Assembly (NCBI RefSeq): GCF_006345805.1
Contig: NC_043011.1
Span: forward strand, 5,146,001-5,210,000
Source: Octopus sinensis
Lineage: Eukaryota
Length of the DNA stretch: 64,000 nt
Direction: 5' to 3'
The notes under the pieces were generated by a model. That model was not told the origin of the DNA. It made no database searches and was given only the letters and a program-made list of their open reading frames with translations. Position 1 is the first letter of the stretch, and the number at the start of each line of letters is the position of its first letter. Made by a program: the position numbers and the translations under genes. This document shows positions 24,357 through 35,574 of the stretch, in pieces.

Positions 24357-24920
24357 TTGGGTTGTCTGGAAAGTTCGGTCCGATTTTTAAAGGAAAGAAA
24401 AAGGTCAATAAATACTTGCCATTACATTTTTAATTAACCAAATATGAACTATTTTGTTGCACAATGTCTCCATCTTTCCTTTCACTTGAAAATACCCACT
24501 TCCCAGAATTGAGGTGGTCTCATGGCAAAGAATTCATCAAGGTATTTTTTTATGTCATCCAAGGAATTGAAATTTTTACCATTAAGACTATTTTGCAGAG
24601 ACCTGAATAAGTGGAAATCCGAAGGAGCAATATCTGGTGAATAGGGAGGGTGGGGTAACACATCCCAGCCGAGCTGCAGCAGTTTTTGTCTGGTTCCCAA
24701 AGTATCAAGTGCTGAAAATGAACTTTCTTATCTTCCATTTTAAAGGGTTACAGAATTAACACAGGTTATAGGAACATAAACCTTCTTCCATGAAAAGATA
24801 GCTAAAACTGTGCTCTAAATGGAGATGTAATCAAATCCTATTTCATGGACTCAACCATGTTCTAAAATAAGTCAAAAGGTAAGCTACTATAAATCGGCAC
24901 GACCTTTCCGGACAACTCAA
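24357..24920 (-). mobile_element. Internally deleted mariner (mellifera-like) element
   Basis: TA-flanked TIRs ttgggttgtctggaaagttcggtccgattt / aaatcggcacgacctttccggacaactcaa. Only the C-terminal TRQKLLQLGWDVLPHPPYSPDIAPSDFHLFRSLQNSL remains. Confidence 0.9.
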
Positions 24921-25444
24921 TATAACAACTTCTCAGCAATTTCCTGTGAATCCACAAACTCACGAACGACACCTTTCAACTTCCTGCGATTTCTCATCTC
25001 TTGCTCAGTCAAACACGCTGCTACTTATACAAGGTTCAGCTAGTCCATTCTCACAGGGGGAGGGTGTCTTGATCCTCGCCATAACCGTATCCCTTTAACT
25101 TGTCAGTTCAGTAAAAGTGACCAATAGAGTAGGTAACTGACTTAAAATAAAAAAAAATAAGTGCAAGGGTTGATTTATTTGACCAAACTCTTTCGGGTGA
25201 TGTCCCAGCACAGCTGCGGTTCAAGGAGGGAAACAAGCAAAAGATAAAAGATGGGGGATTCATTGGAACTAAGCAACAACAGTGTCCTGGTGAACTATAG
25301 AGGTCACTTAAATAGACATTATGCTTGACAATTCTAAACGAAGGATATTGGATCATTTCATGATCACGTTTTTCCAGAATACCTTTTGTGTAAGATTTAA
25401 TAAAGATAGGTATCATATGAGCATAACTAGAGACTTATATGGGA

Positions 25445-25825
25445 CTAGCACTATGACCCGGCGTTGCTGGGTCATAGTGCTAGTGCATGCATATACAGCT
25501 GCGTACTTGCGTGCGCACATACACGCGAGTACTGTCCAAATCTCTGACCAATCATACACAGCTAGGTGGCATTCAATTGGCGTATCAAGTTTCGGGCATT
25601 TTGATTGGGTTTTGGATAGAAAATTCACAAAAAAGTCACTTCTATTGATTTTTTAATGGCTTTGCGGGGGTGACTAGGGAAATGTAAAGATGTGCACGAC
25701 CACCCTTGGATGGTTTTGAATGACCATAGAAAGTGCGAGCCCTCTAACTGAAAAATTGTGGATTTGTATAAAGGATACACACACAGACACACAGAAAGAC
25801 ATTTTGCTGTTTATATATAAAGAGA
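25445..25825 (-). mobile_element. Non-autonomous Helitron
   Basis: Minus strand begins TC (tctctttatatataaa), ends in a hairpin + CTAG, sits between host A and T, with no TSD. Confidence 0.75.
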
Positions 25826-26306
25826 TACCACAGAGAAAGAGTAAGGAGTGAAAGTGTGAGTGGTCTCAGAGGCGATAACCTCTTGTTACATCTTACATAC
25901 ATTCAAATGCTACTGAGGTCTATTTTGCTCTTCATTGTTTCAGGGACGATAAGTTTAGTACCAGTCCAGTAGAGCCCTAGAGTCAATGTAATTGACAATA
26001 GCCCTCTCACAAAATTTTAGACCCCGTGCCTATGGTAGAAAGAATCATTACATCTCAGGATTGTATGGTTTCAGAGTCATAAGGTAGGGGAGATAACACT
26101 GTATGACCTTCATGCATTGCTCAAAGTCTGAAGTGACACAGATGAAGTGAAACGACCTCAACCAGGAAAACAAATGAAATGATGAACTCCTTTTACGAAA
26201 AACTCACCTTTACATTATGGTGCTTTATACAAAAGAGATTATAAATTCGGAAATATTAAATTTCTAAATATCTCATAGAGATATGTACGGTGGTGGGGCG
26301 ATAGAG

Positions 26307-26510
26307 TGGTTGTATACTGTCAACTTAACGTGACAGTCCTGTAAGGGAATTACACCACCGCTGTTTAGCCCTAGGAAGCATCGACGCTTCCTGTCAGCCT
26401 CGACACACAGGAAATGTGTCGAGGTCGACAGGAAGCGTCGATGCTTCCTAGGGCTAAACAGCGGTGGTGTAATTCCCTTACTGTCACGTTAAGTTGACAG
26501 TATACAACCA
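26307..26510. repeat. 204-nt near-perfect palindrome (foldback/MITE-like)
   Basis: Arms of about 96 bp differ by one 5-nt indel and 2 mismatches; 7-nt loop caggaaa. Confidence 0.9.
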
Positions 26511-26513
26511 GAT

Positions 26514-26682
26514 TACGTTCTGAGTTCAAATTCCGCCGAGGTCGACTTTGCCTTTCATCCTTTCGGGGTCGATAAATTAAGTACCAGTTACGCACTGGGG
26601 TCGATATAATCGACTTAATCCGTTTGTCTGTCCGTGTTTGTCCTCTCTGTGTTTAGTCCCTTGTGGGCAATAAAGAAATAAG
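26514..26682 (+). mobile_element. 5'-truncated SINE B with 17-bp TSD
   Basis: agtatacaaccagatta is duplicated on both sides. Confidence 0.85.
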
Positions 26683-26728
26683 TATACAACCAGATTATAA
26701 ATTGTAAAATAAGAAATAAGTTACTAAC

Positions 26729-26786
26729 TTGCGTAGTCTTGCAAACAACTTCCACAGACTGCACAGTCGGGGTAGGGCTTGTATTC
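26729..26786 (-). CDS. MTFMT: MTFMT coding exon 2 (58 nt)
   Basis: tttcttttcttgatcttgaag|G AAT ACA...GAA GTT GTT TGC AAG ACT ACG CAA|gttagt gives (M)NTSPTPTVQSVEVVCKTTQ. It supplies the phase 2 to phase 0 bridge needed between the flanking exons, and EVV matches the LEVVT segment of MTFMT. Confidence 0.75.
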
Positions 26787-28185
26787 CTTCAAGATCAAGA
26801 AAAGAAATTAAACTTTACAGAGACATACATCAATGCAGATAGAAACTGGTAACTGAGCAACTGCCTGGTAGAGTAAAAGTTAAGCTTCTGATGAACCATG
26901 ACTACGATTTCACTTTCAAGGTGTCTTTTACATATTATGCATCACTGGCATGGGTATCTTTCACATGTCCCTGACACAGGTGCCTTTTGCATGTCACCAG
27001 CATGGGTACTTTTATTTGGTTCCAGCATCCTTTCACTTTCATAATTTCTGGAAAAACATTAACCATCTTTAGCTTTATTTCTGAGTCTCTGTCTACACGA
27101 AAAAAATACATATTCCATAAGAGTGTTTATCAGCCAATGTGGTAATTAGGGTAATAGCGAAAAATCTGTGTGCATGTAAAGACAGAGGTGGCTGTGTGGT
27201 TAAGAAGGATGCTTCCCAATCTCTTAGTTTTGGGTTCAGTCCCACTGTGTTGCAGCTTGGGCTAGTGTCTACTATGACAACCCTGGGCCAATCAGAGTTT
27301 TGAGGTTTGTGCATGCAGTTACCCAAAATAAAGAGAGTAAAAGAGAGACAGAGGGATACAAGCACACACATACATACATCTGTATTAATTTCGCCCATAA
27401 CATATGTCATCAGACATACAGCCATAGAAATTATGCCAAAGCAGACACTATAGCACAATGCAGTCCTTGGAAACAGGTGAGAGTAAGCGAGAGGGAGAGC
27501 ATCCAGCTATAGAAAAATCCCCTCAATAAACTCTGTCCGACCCATGAAAGTGTAGTGACTAGGGAAGCCATATTTGGGTTGCTGCACATTAGTGCAGTGG
27601 TGCATTATCCACTTCGACCAATTACAGCTGGCTGCAGAAGGATACCGATAGCAACTTCGGCCCAGCAGTACACCAACATAAGTTATTTCGGCTTCCCTGG
27701 CTCACATACATACCTTACATACACATACAGGCCTCAACTCCCACTACTGGTCTGCGGTTGAACATTATTCCTCTTTTCCTACCTGCTAGCACTCTTGACA
27801 CTACAAAATAAAATTTAATGTTATTTTATAAATTCGCCATCTGGGTATTCTTTATCAACGCCTCTGTAAGGAATCATCTTAAAAAGGATTCTTTCTTTAA
27901 ACTGCCTTCTGAAACTATCTTCTATACCCATCATGTTACACAACAAACACATTGCATATAGGAGACTTTATTCACTATTCTCATTAGCAACTCTTTCCTC
28001 TACTAGCTACATTACTAAAAATACAAATATTACAAAAGCATGGAATAGTGGACATTAATACAATGATGATGATGATGATGTACAAAATATCTGATCATAA
28101 GCCTGCTCAACCAGAGATGATGTAGGGAGGAAGCTAAACAACATATTTTCTAAAACAACAATCAATCATCGTCATCATCATCATA

Positions 28186-28715
28186 ATTGCCCAGGATATT
28201 AATCGTCTGGAAGCCGTTCAGCGACGTGCAACCAAAAGAATACCCTCCATCAGGCATTTGCCATATTCTGAACGCCTTACTTCCCTGGGCATGGACATAT
28301 TGAAACTCCGATGTCTGGCAGCTGACTTGGCAGACAACCATAAAATTATTAACCATCTTACAAACAATAACTCTGAGCACCTTTTCAAACTCCACACGTC
28401 TAACACCCGTGGACATGTTTACAAAGTCAGAAAACAGCACAGCTCCCATGACTTTCGGAAACCTTTTATCACGCTAAGAGTTGCTGAAGCATGGAACAGA
28501 CTGCCGGCATCGGTTGTTAGTTGTCGGAGCACTGCATCCTTCAAAACTTCCATGCTTCCTGAGATTCACCAACACTACACCTGATTTTCTCCCCTCCATA
28601 CACATGCAAGCATGTATCTGACTCATGCATTGTTCACTTCACAGACATTTGTACATTACTGCATATGCTTTATATGCACTTCCTGACAATTGTGGTGCAC
28701 CTGATTTCATTATTA
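28186..28715 (+). mobile_element. CR1-clade LINE 3' end (copy 2)
   Basis: AQDINRLEAVQRRATKRIP...LPYSERLTSLG...TRGHVYKV...RVAEAWNRLP; (ATT)n tail. Confidence 0.9.
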
Positions 28716-29073
28716 TAACCATCATTAAATGTCTGTTTTTCCATGCTGGCATGGGTTAGGTGGTTCAACTGGAGATGGTAAGCTGGAGAGCAGCACCAGG
28801 ATCCAGTCTGTCTTGGTTCGGTCTCTTCAGCTGGATCCCCTTACTAACGCCATCCACTCCACAGAGTGTAACTGGGTGTCTTTTACATATCGTGCATCAC
28901 TGGCACTGCTGCCTTTTATGTGCCACTGGCATGGGTGCCTTTCACATGTCACTGACACAGGTGCCTTCTGCATGTCACCAGCATGGGTGCTTTTATGTGT
29001 CAGTGGCACAGGTCACAACCATGATGTCACTTAATGTGTATAATAATTACTCTAAGTTGCAGTGTATACTTAC

Positions 29074-29321
29074 ATATTATCAATAAGTTTTTTCAAAGTT
29101 TCCAAAGAAAATGCATCAGAACCAAAGAATAGAATATTCCAAGGAGGTTTTTCCTTTCGAACTGTTTTGCTTGTCTTTGAGGATTCATGTAATTTTCTAA
29201 TATTGATTCTGGATTTGAAAAGTTTGGAACAGAAGGTATTAAGAGATGGCCATAACTGCCCTAAGTTTTTATCTAACAAATGATATCTACAGATTCTTAT
29301 TGAAAAGTTAGCAGCATTCAT
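29074..29321 (-). CDS. MTFMT: MTFMT first coding exon (mitochondrial presequence plus start of formyltransferase domain)
   Basis: ATG at 29321 opens MNAANFSIRICRYHLL...RKEKPPWNILFFGSDAFSLETLKKLIDN, ending AT|gtaagt (248 nt, phase 2). KPPW.ILFFG.D matches the N-terminus of animal MTFMT, and the upstream part is R/K/S/L-rich like a targeting peptide. Confidence 0.9.
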
Positions 29322-29396
29322 TGTCGCGGCTCCAAGATTTGATAGTGAGATCTTCAAGGATCTGCTTGTGATGTTGTCTATTGGTTAATCCATTAC
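29322..29396 (-). other. MTFMT: 5' UTR portion of the first coding exon of MTFMT, preceded by a strong splice acceptor
   Basis: Minus strand ...ctctttttctctttcactctctttatctctttattaatccttctttaaattgcag| at 29397-29399 implies an upstream non-coding exon. Confidence 0.6.
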
Positions 29397-29902
29397 CTGC
29401 AATTTAAAGAAGGATTAATAAAGAGATAAAGAGAGTGAAAGAGAAAAAGAGAGATAGATGGATACATGCACACACATACACACATCTAGAGCAATCTTTC
29501 CCATAACAGCCATAGGAACGATACCACAGCAGATCTTGGAACACGATGTAATCCTTGGAGCCATCGGGTCCTGTCAAACCGTCCAACTCATGACAGCATG
29601 GAACAGATGTTAAATGATGATGATAATGATGACAGGGGTATAATGGACCCAAGGAGGCCTTTACTTGACCAGGTGAAGCCCCTTCCTCTCCAAGCTATAT
29701 CCCCAGAAGGATGTGAACTAAGCATTGCAAACTAATGAAAACAATTATCTATTATTCAGTATAACCAATTATTAACACTTGTTCACCATATTAACATAGT
29801 GCCTATATACAGCTAAGATGACTAAGCCATTTGACAGTTACTTTCACAATAAACAGACACAATACAGGTAAAAGAATACAGACTAGCAAGTTATATTGTC
29901 AT

Positions 29903-30255
29903 TCATCATCATCGTTTAATGTCCGTTTTCCGTGCTAGCACGGGTTGGACGGTTCGACCGGGGTCTGGGAAGCCAGGGGCTGCACCAGACTCCAGTCTGA
30001 TCTGGCAGTGTTTCTACAGCTGGATACCCTTCCTAACGCCAACCACTCCGTGAGTGTAGTGGGTGCTCTTTACGTGCCACCTGCACAGGTGCCAGGGGGG
30101 TCTGGCATCAGCCACGATCGGTTGGTGCTTTTAACGTGCCACCGGCACGGAAGCCAGCCAAGGCGGCGCTGGCATCGGCCACGGTCGGACGGTGCTTTTT
30201 ATGTGCCACCGGCACAGAAGTCAGTCGAGGCGGTGCTGGCAACGGCCATGTTCTC
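29903..30255 (-). mobile_element. Family C
   Basis: Tail plus three modules. Confidence 0.85.
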
Positions 30256-31129
30256 CCACAATATTTATTTCTAGTTAGCTTTTTATGGGTCATTGCATTA
30301 AATATACTGAGGCTGATTTAACTCTTGTTTTACAAGCAGCTGGCGTCTCTGAGTAATTTATCCTTTCTCACTGTCAGCTGATGTATGCCCTGTTGAACCA
30401 CCCGACAACTTCACCCACTGCACTCATAGATATTTGAATATTCTCCCTGCTGTTGACCACTAAACTGTTAAGGTTGCAATGAAAACATCTATCATCTGAC
30501 AGACTAATCTAATGGTACCTATTTACAGCTAGGTAGACTGAGCCATGAATATTCAAGTGTTATACCTGAGACAATACTCAATACAAAGTGAATTACCAAC
30601 ACTGACCAAGTAAATTATGGTGTTCTTGAAATGTCACCTAATCAATCATTTTTCAAAAGAATGATTCAATAATTGTTGATATTCATCAATAAAACGTTAA
30701 GCTTAATCCTAATCATTCCTCTAATCAGTCATTTAAAAATAACAGTTTCTAATTAGTAAAAAAATAATGAAAGAGTCCGAATACCTCTTAGCAAGTCTCA
30801 GTGAATTAATTCTACTTAAACTGAAGACATCCTCAATGAATCAATAAATATATGAACTGAACAACTTCTCCAGTCAACTGGCCGAGTTGTTCCCTTCAAG
30901 CAGTTGACATAAGTTCCTTAAAATTCACACAAAATATTCGGTGGGGGGCGCTGTTTTGAACAATACCCATTACCCTCAAACAAGAGTTAATTTACTATTA
31001 TCAACATTAAAGAATGAGAAATAAATATATAACAAATTCTGGAGAAAAAAGTGACAAAAACTTTGTATTTTGCCAAAGAAAGCTACAATAATGTTTTAGT
31101 GAAAGTTAAAGAATGTTAATACAACATAA

Positions 31130-31346
31130 CAGTGATACTCAACCATTTTTTGCCTTTGGCCAGATTAATTCCTATTTTATTCTACTGGGTCCCTAAAGCC
31201 ATTCGATGCTTTAAAAAAATTATAATGTTTTTTATGATAAAATATCATAAAGAATTGCATAAAAATATTGTATTGCTCAAACTTTTGCAGAAAAATCACA
31301 TATGGACAGCGCCAAGGGTCATATGGACACCGCTTGAAAACCATTG
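31130..31346. mobile_element. hAT-type MITE
   Basis: cagtgatactcaac...ttgaaaaccattg ends; 8-bp flanks caacataa / caatatag (6/8). Confidence 0.65.
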
Positions 31347-32320
31347 CAATATAGGGCCAGATATGTAATAAAGGAAATAAAAATAAACCAATGTTAGTTC
31401 ATGGATCTTTAAGAGCAATAAATATCATAAATTTATAGAAGTCTGTAAAAGAAAAAAATGCTTTTTTAATGATAAAGAAGGATGGCGGATATCGTCTACG
31501 ACAACGTCAAGGTTATTCGATCCTAGAATTGGTAAATGACGGCCAGTGATGGCATGAACTGACGAGGAAATCAAACGAAATTGGGTGAGTATTGGTGTGG
31601 ATATTAGAAGTAAAGTATCTGCGACAATATTCTGTAAGTTGAGAGTTAGGTGTACAGCATTGTGTCTGACCTGGCGAAAAGCGTGGTTTCGCCAATATAC
31701 AGGATTCTGTGGAATATTCAGAATAACAATCTGGTTATGAGAGTCAACTGCAAAACAAATGATCTCACTAGAAGTATCTCTAACAAATTTCCATAATAAT
31801 AATAATGTCCTTAACAATGTAGAAAGAACTTAAAATTGGAAAGCAACAACAAACAAGTGCGAAATATTAAATATTCGTTCAATAATTTACCAAACATTAA
31901 CGAAAGGTAAACGAAAATAAAACTCGAATGCGGGTAAATTAGTTTTGTAAAAGGGAACGAAGAGTGTGAAAAGGTTTTGCGGGAAGAATGACTAATAAAT
32001 AAATAGTAATAAGAAAGTAATTAACAGACCAGTTTCGTTTGCCGGGAAGCACGGACCGAACCGGTGATTGAAATGCGAAACTAATCAAGAGTACAATAAA
32101 CAAGAACGATGAGAAGATCTCATATCAGCATCCGTTTTATTATCTAAACGAATTACTAGTTTGGTTTAACAGGTTTATTTTGTGATTGAATGTCGATTTG
32201 TTGAATGTGGCGGGAAAGTTGTTCATCAAAGTTTATCAACGAAGAAGCGAAAGCAATTCCGTTCTTTAAGTGATGCGATTAGCTAAAGAGTTATTCCCCT
32301 TAGCTCAGGGTACGACTAGC

Positions 32321-32993
32321 GAACAGCGGTCCCGGTGTACGCACACGCGCAGTCGCGCATCCGCGCTAGCTAGTCGTAAGTAGTTGATCCTACAACGACT
32401 ACCTAGCAAGGTAAATAAAACACAAAATAAATAATTTTTTTTACACAAATTAAATAATTTGGGGAATCTTTTCGGTTTGAACGGCAGTTTTTTCTAGCGG
32501 TGTCATATGAAATTGTCACCCATAATTATGACCCTAGTATCCATCTATTGCATTTCAATCTATTTTAGGGTTAGAGTTAGGGTTAGGGGTGGGGGAAAGG
32601 TATCTTTTTTTTCTTCAGAAATGTAAATAAACCCAATGTCTTTCTTAAACGTGGGACATTTTCATACGGCACCGAATGTTTTCACCTCAATAGACGTCAT
32701 TGATTGGTTGAAATTGCGGAAATTGAAGAAAAAAAACAACAAATATTTTACGCACTATAGAATTTTCTCAATAAAGCCAAGAGAAAAAGATGTTTTATAA
32801 ACATATTCTACCAGTATACGAAGTTTAAAAGTGTTTAGATACGTGGAAATTATTTTAAAAAACTGGCTTTCAAACAGAAAATATCCAATTTTTGTTAAAC
32901 AAAGTAAATAAAACGCAAAAACACAAAGTAAGGATCGACTAGTCATGACTAACTGGCGCGAGTACGCGAGCGAGCGCACCGGGACCACTGTTC
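32321..32993. mobile_element. Non-autonomous TIR element (about 65-70 bp imperfect TIRs), superfamily unassigned
   Basis: gaacagcggtcccggtg...gatcctac versus gtaaggatc...caccgggaccactgttc; TTAA follows on the right only. Confidence 0.65.
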
Positions 32994-33682
32994 TTAAGTA
33001 GAACCTGGCTCAGTTGCTCCCTCCTTCTCTCTCTCTCTTTCTTTCTTTCTCCCCCCTCTCTCTCTCTCTCTCCCCCCCCTCTCTCCCTCTGCGGTAATTG
33101 TAAGTTCTGAGTTCAATTTCTGTCGTGGTCGACTTTGCCTTTCGTCCTTTCGGGGTCGATAAAATAAGTACCAGTTACGCACAATTTAATCGGCTTACTC
33201 ACTTCTCCGAAATTGCTGGTCTGTACCAACATTTGAAACCATCATACGACAATTCTTTTAAAACATTTACAGAATCATTGCAGTATCGGTCAAGAATCTC
33301 TTTGACATTTGGTTAAAGCTTGTTACGTTCTAAGTTTAAATTTCGTCGAGGTCAACTTTGCCTCTCATCTTTCCGGCGTCGATAGAATATAGTCCAGTCT
33401 AGTCACGTTAGTTTTTATGGGTCAGAGAGTGACCACTGCTCTCACACCTATAAAGCTCTTAGTTGCATTAGACGATTCGTCAGACTCAAATAGACGGAAG
33501 CTCGTAACCTTTCAATCAAGGGAGGAAAACGTCATGCCAAAAATATAGATCTGGAATGGACATGTTGGTGGTGTTTCAGGCGACACGGAGTTATCTCTCT
33601 TACATCGGTTCCGACCATTATGGTTTCCGAAGTTGCTGACACCCAATCATGTGACAGGTTGTAGTGAATTTATATATTCATA

Positions 33683-34196
33683 CTAGCAGTATCGCCCGGC
33701 GTTGCTCGGGTTTGTAAGGGAAATAACTATATAAGCATTTTTAGAGAGTTACTTCCCTTATAGATGCCAATTCGGGCTTTCTTAGCCATTTCTGTTTTGG
33801 TGTCTTCAAGCCATGAAGTCGTTGTTCTAAAAGAACGCTGGTCTCCTTGACAACGCTTTACGACGTTGATTTCCTTACACTCCCTTCCCCACAGCTTCAC
33901 GAGGGAGGGAAGAAGGGGGAGAAGCAAACAGGTGCAGGTGTGACCATGGACGCCAACTCCGCCGCCATCGACACACGAAAAATTATGCATTAAAATGGAA
34001 TAAAAAAATTATGTTAAATTATTTTTAAAATCGTAGACTCATCGTAGACGCGCGCTAATAGCCAGACGGGCTCGATATTAATCACGACTATAAGATACCC
34101 GAATTTGGTTAAAATGCACCGCAAAATGTGGGAGGAGTTAGGAATCTAAATCGTAGGAGACAGACACTCACACAACTACAGTTTTATATATAGAGA
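33683..34196 (-). mobile_element. Non-autonomous Helitron (copy b)
   Basis: Minus TC start (tctctatatataaaa); 3' hairpin cccgagcaacgccggg then cgatactgCTAG; A^T insertion site. Confidence 0.8.
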
Positions 34197-34832
34197 TTAC
34201 CAGTGGCCAGGGCCGGGTTAAGACCCATAGAGGCTCTAACCACTTAAAAGATTTTGGTGCCCCCATATATATACAATAGAAAATATAAACAATAATATTT
34301 TTCAAAATAAAACAAAACTAAGAGTAAGAAGAAAAATGTTTATTTTTGTATACTCTCTATTTATATTTGAAAAGTTTTTTACATTTTTTTTTGTTGTTTT
34401 TAATTGAAAGGTTTTTTTTATCAGATCGCCATTATGACACCGTGAACACTTTGAAATTATACTTACGGTCATCACTTCGAATATTAGTTTAGCATGTTTA
34501 AAGTGATTCTTTTGTGTCATAAACCATTTACCAATTCTATGGTGTCCCCCTCCCCTTGTCACCCTAAGCACGTCCTTATTTTCTTTTATGGTTAATCCAG
34601 TGCCAATGCATAAGAAGAAATCTCTGACTGGCAGATCTATTTTAATTTGTACACTATTCTTTGGTTTCTCTATCGTTGTTTGCAGCACTTTTGTATGATA
34701 TAGTTTCATTAATGCCAAGATATTTGAGGGCACACGTTGTTTAGAAGCTAGTGAGACCATCGATGCAAAGGTTTAGAGTTTGGGGAACTGTTTTTCATTG
34801 TTGTATTGTTAAATATGAACATTTCCCTATCC

Positions 34833-34947
34833 AAATTTCAACAACTCAGCACCGTCCATTGGATGAGGAGGGGGCCTTTTGCTCGTTTATATATATATAA
34901 GAGCAAAACGCACCCCGTCCAATGGACGGTGCTGAGTTGTCAAATTT
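34833..34947. repeat. Palindrome with 23-bp perfect outer stem around a TA core
   Basis: acaactcagcaccgtccattgga (34841-34863) / tccaatggacggtgctgagttgt (34918-34940); inner ttttgctc/gagcaaaa. Confidence 0.85.
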
Positions 34948-35039
34948 TTAAACCAAATTTTCTCAAAACAACTTGTCCGACCGTCCCATAGGCCTCCCCT
35001 TTGAGAAACACTGATTTAACCTAAATTTGAGACACCAGC

Positions 35040-35269
35040 AAAAGAAGAAATAAAGATAGACTTTTTTTCTATTCCAAAGAAAAACGATTTCCGACGGCTT
35101 TATCGATCGCATTCTCACCTGGAATCGATTTTTCGTAATTTTTTCAAGACTTATACACGCCCTGATACCGCCGGTATCTACATATCAAATTTGAGCGCAA
35201 TCGGATAGAGGATGCCCGAGATCCTAGAAGTCACACACACAGACAGACAGAACGGATTTTATATAGAGA
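35040..35269 (-). mobile_element. 5' part of another Helitron family (copy d)
   Basis: Minus start tctctatataaaa then ctgtctgtctgtgtgtg, typical of these Helitron 5' ends; 3' end not found. Confidence 0.55.
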
Positions 35270-35565
35270 CTAGCAGTATCGCCCGGCGTTGCTCGGGTTT
35301 GTAAGGGAAATAACTATAAAAGCATTTTTAGAGAGTTACTTCCCTTATATAATAGCAAAAAATGCATTAAAAATGGGGAAAAATTATAGCAATTTTTTTA
35401 AATCGTAGACTCATCGTAGACGCGCGCTAATACCCAGAAGGGCTCGATATGAATCATGACTATCAGATACGCGCTTTTGGTTACACTGCACCGCAAAATG
35501 TGGGAGTAGTTAGGAATCTAAATCGTAGGAGACAGACACACAACCTCACTTTTATATATAAAAGA
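35270..35565 (-). mobile_element. Non-autonomous Helitron (copy c), same family as b
   Basis: Same 3' end (ctagcagtatcgcccggcgttgctcggg on plus) and same 5' region as copy b. Confidence 0.8.
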
Positions 35566-35574
35566 TATACTCTT

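Noticed and set aside
31425-31817. 130-aa minus ORF upstream of MTFMT
   Set aside because: No recognisable domain and no convincing splice pair; an ORF of this length can arise by chance.
32565-32590. Telomere or interstitial telomeric array
   Set aside because: Only about three imperfect units, inside a TIR element.
34302-34760. 152-aa minus ORF
   Set aside because: No motif recognised, A-rich low-complexity end, lies among transposon ends.
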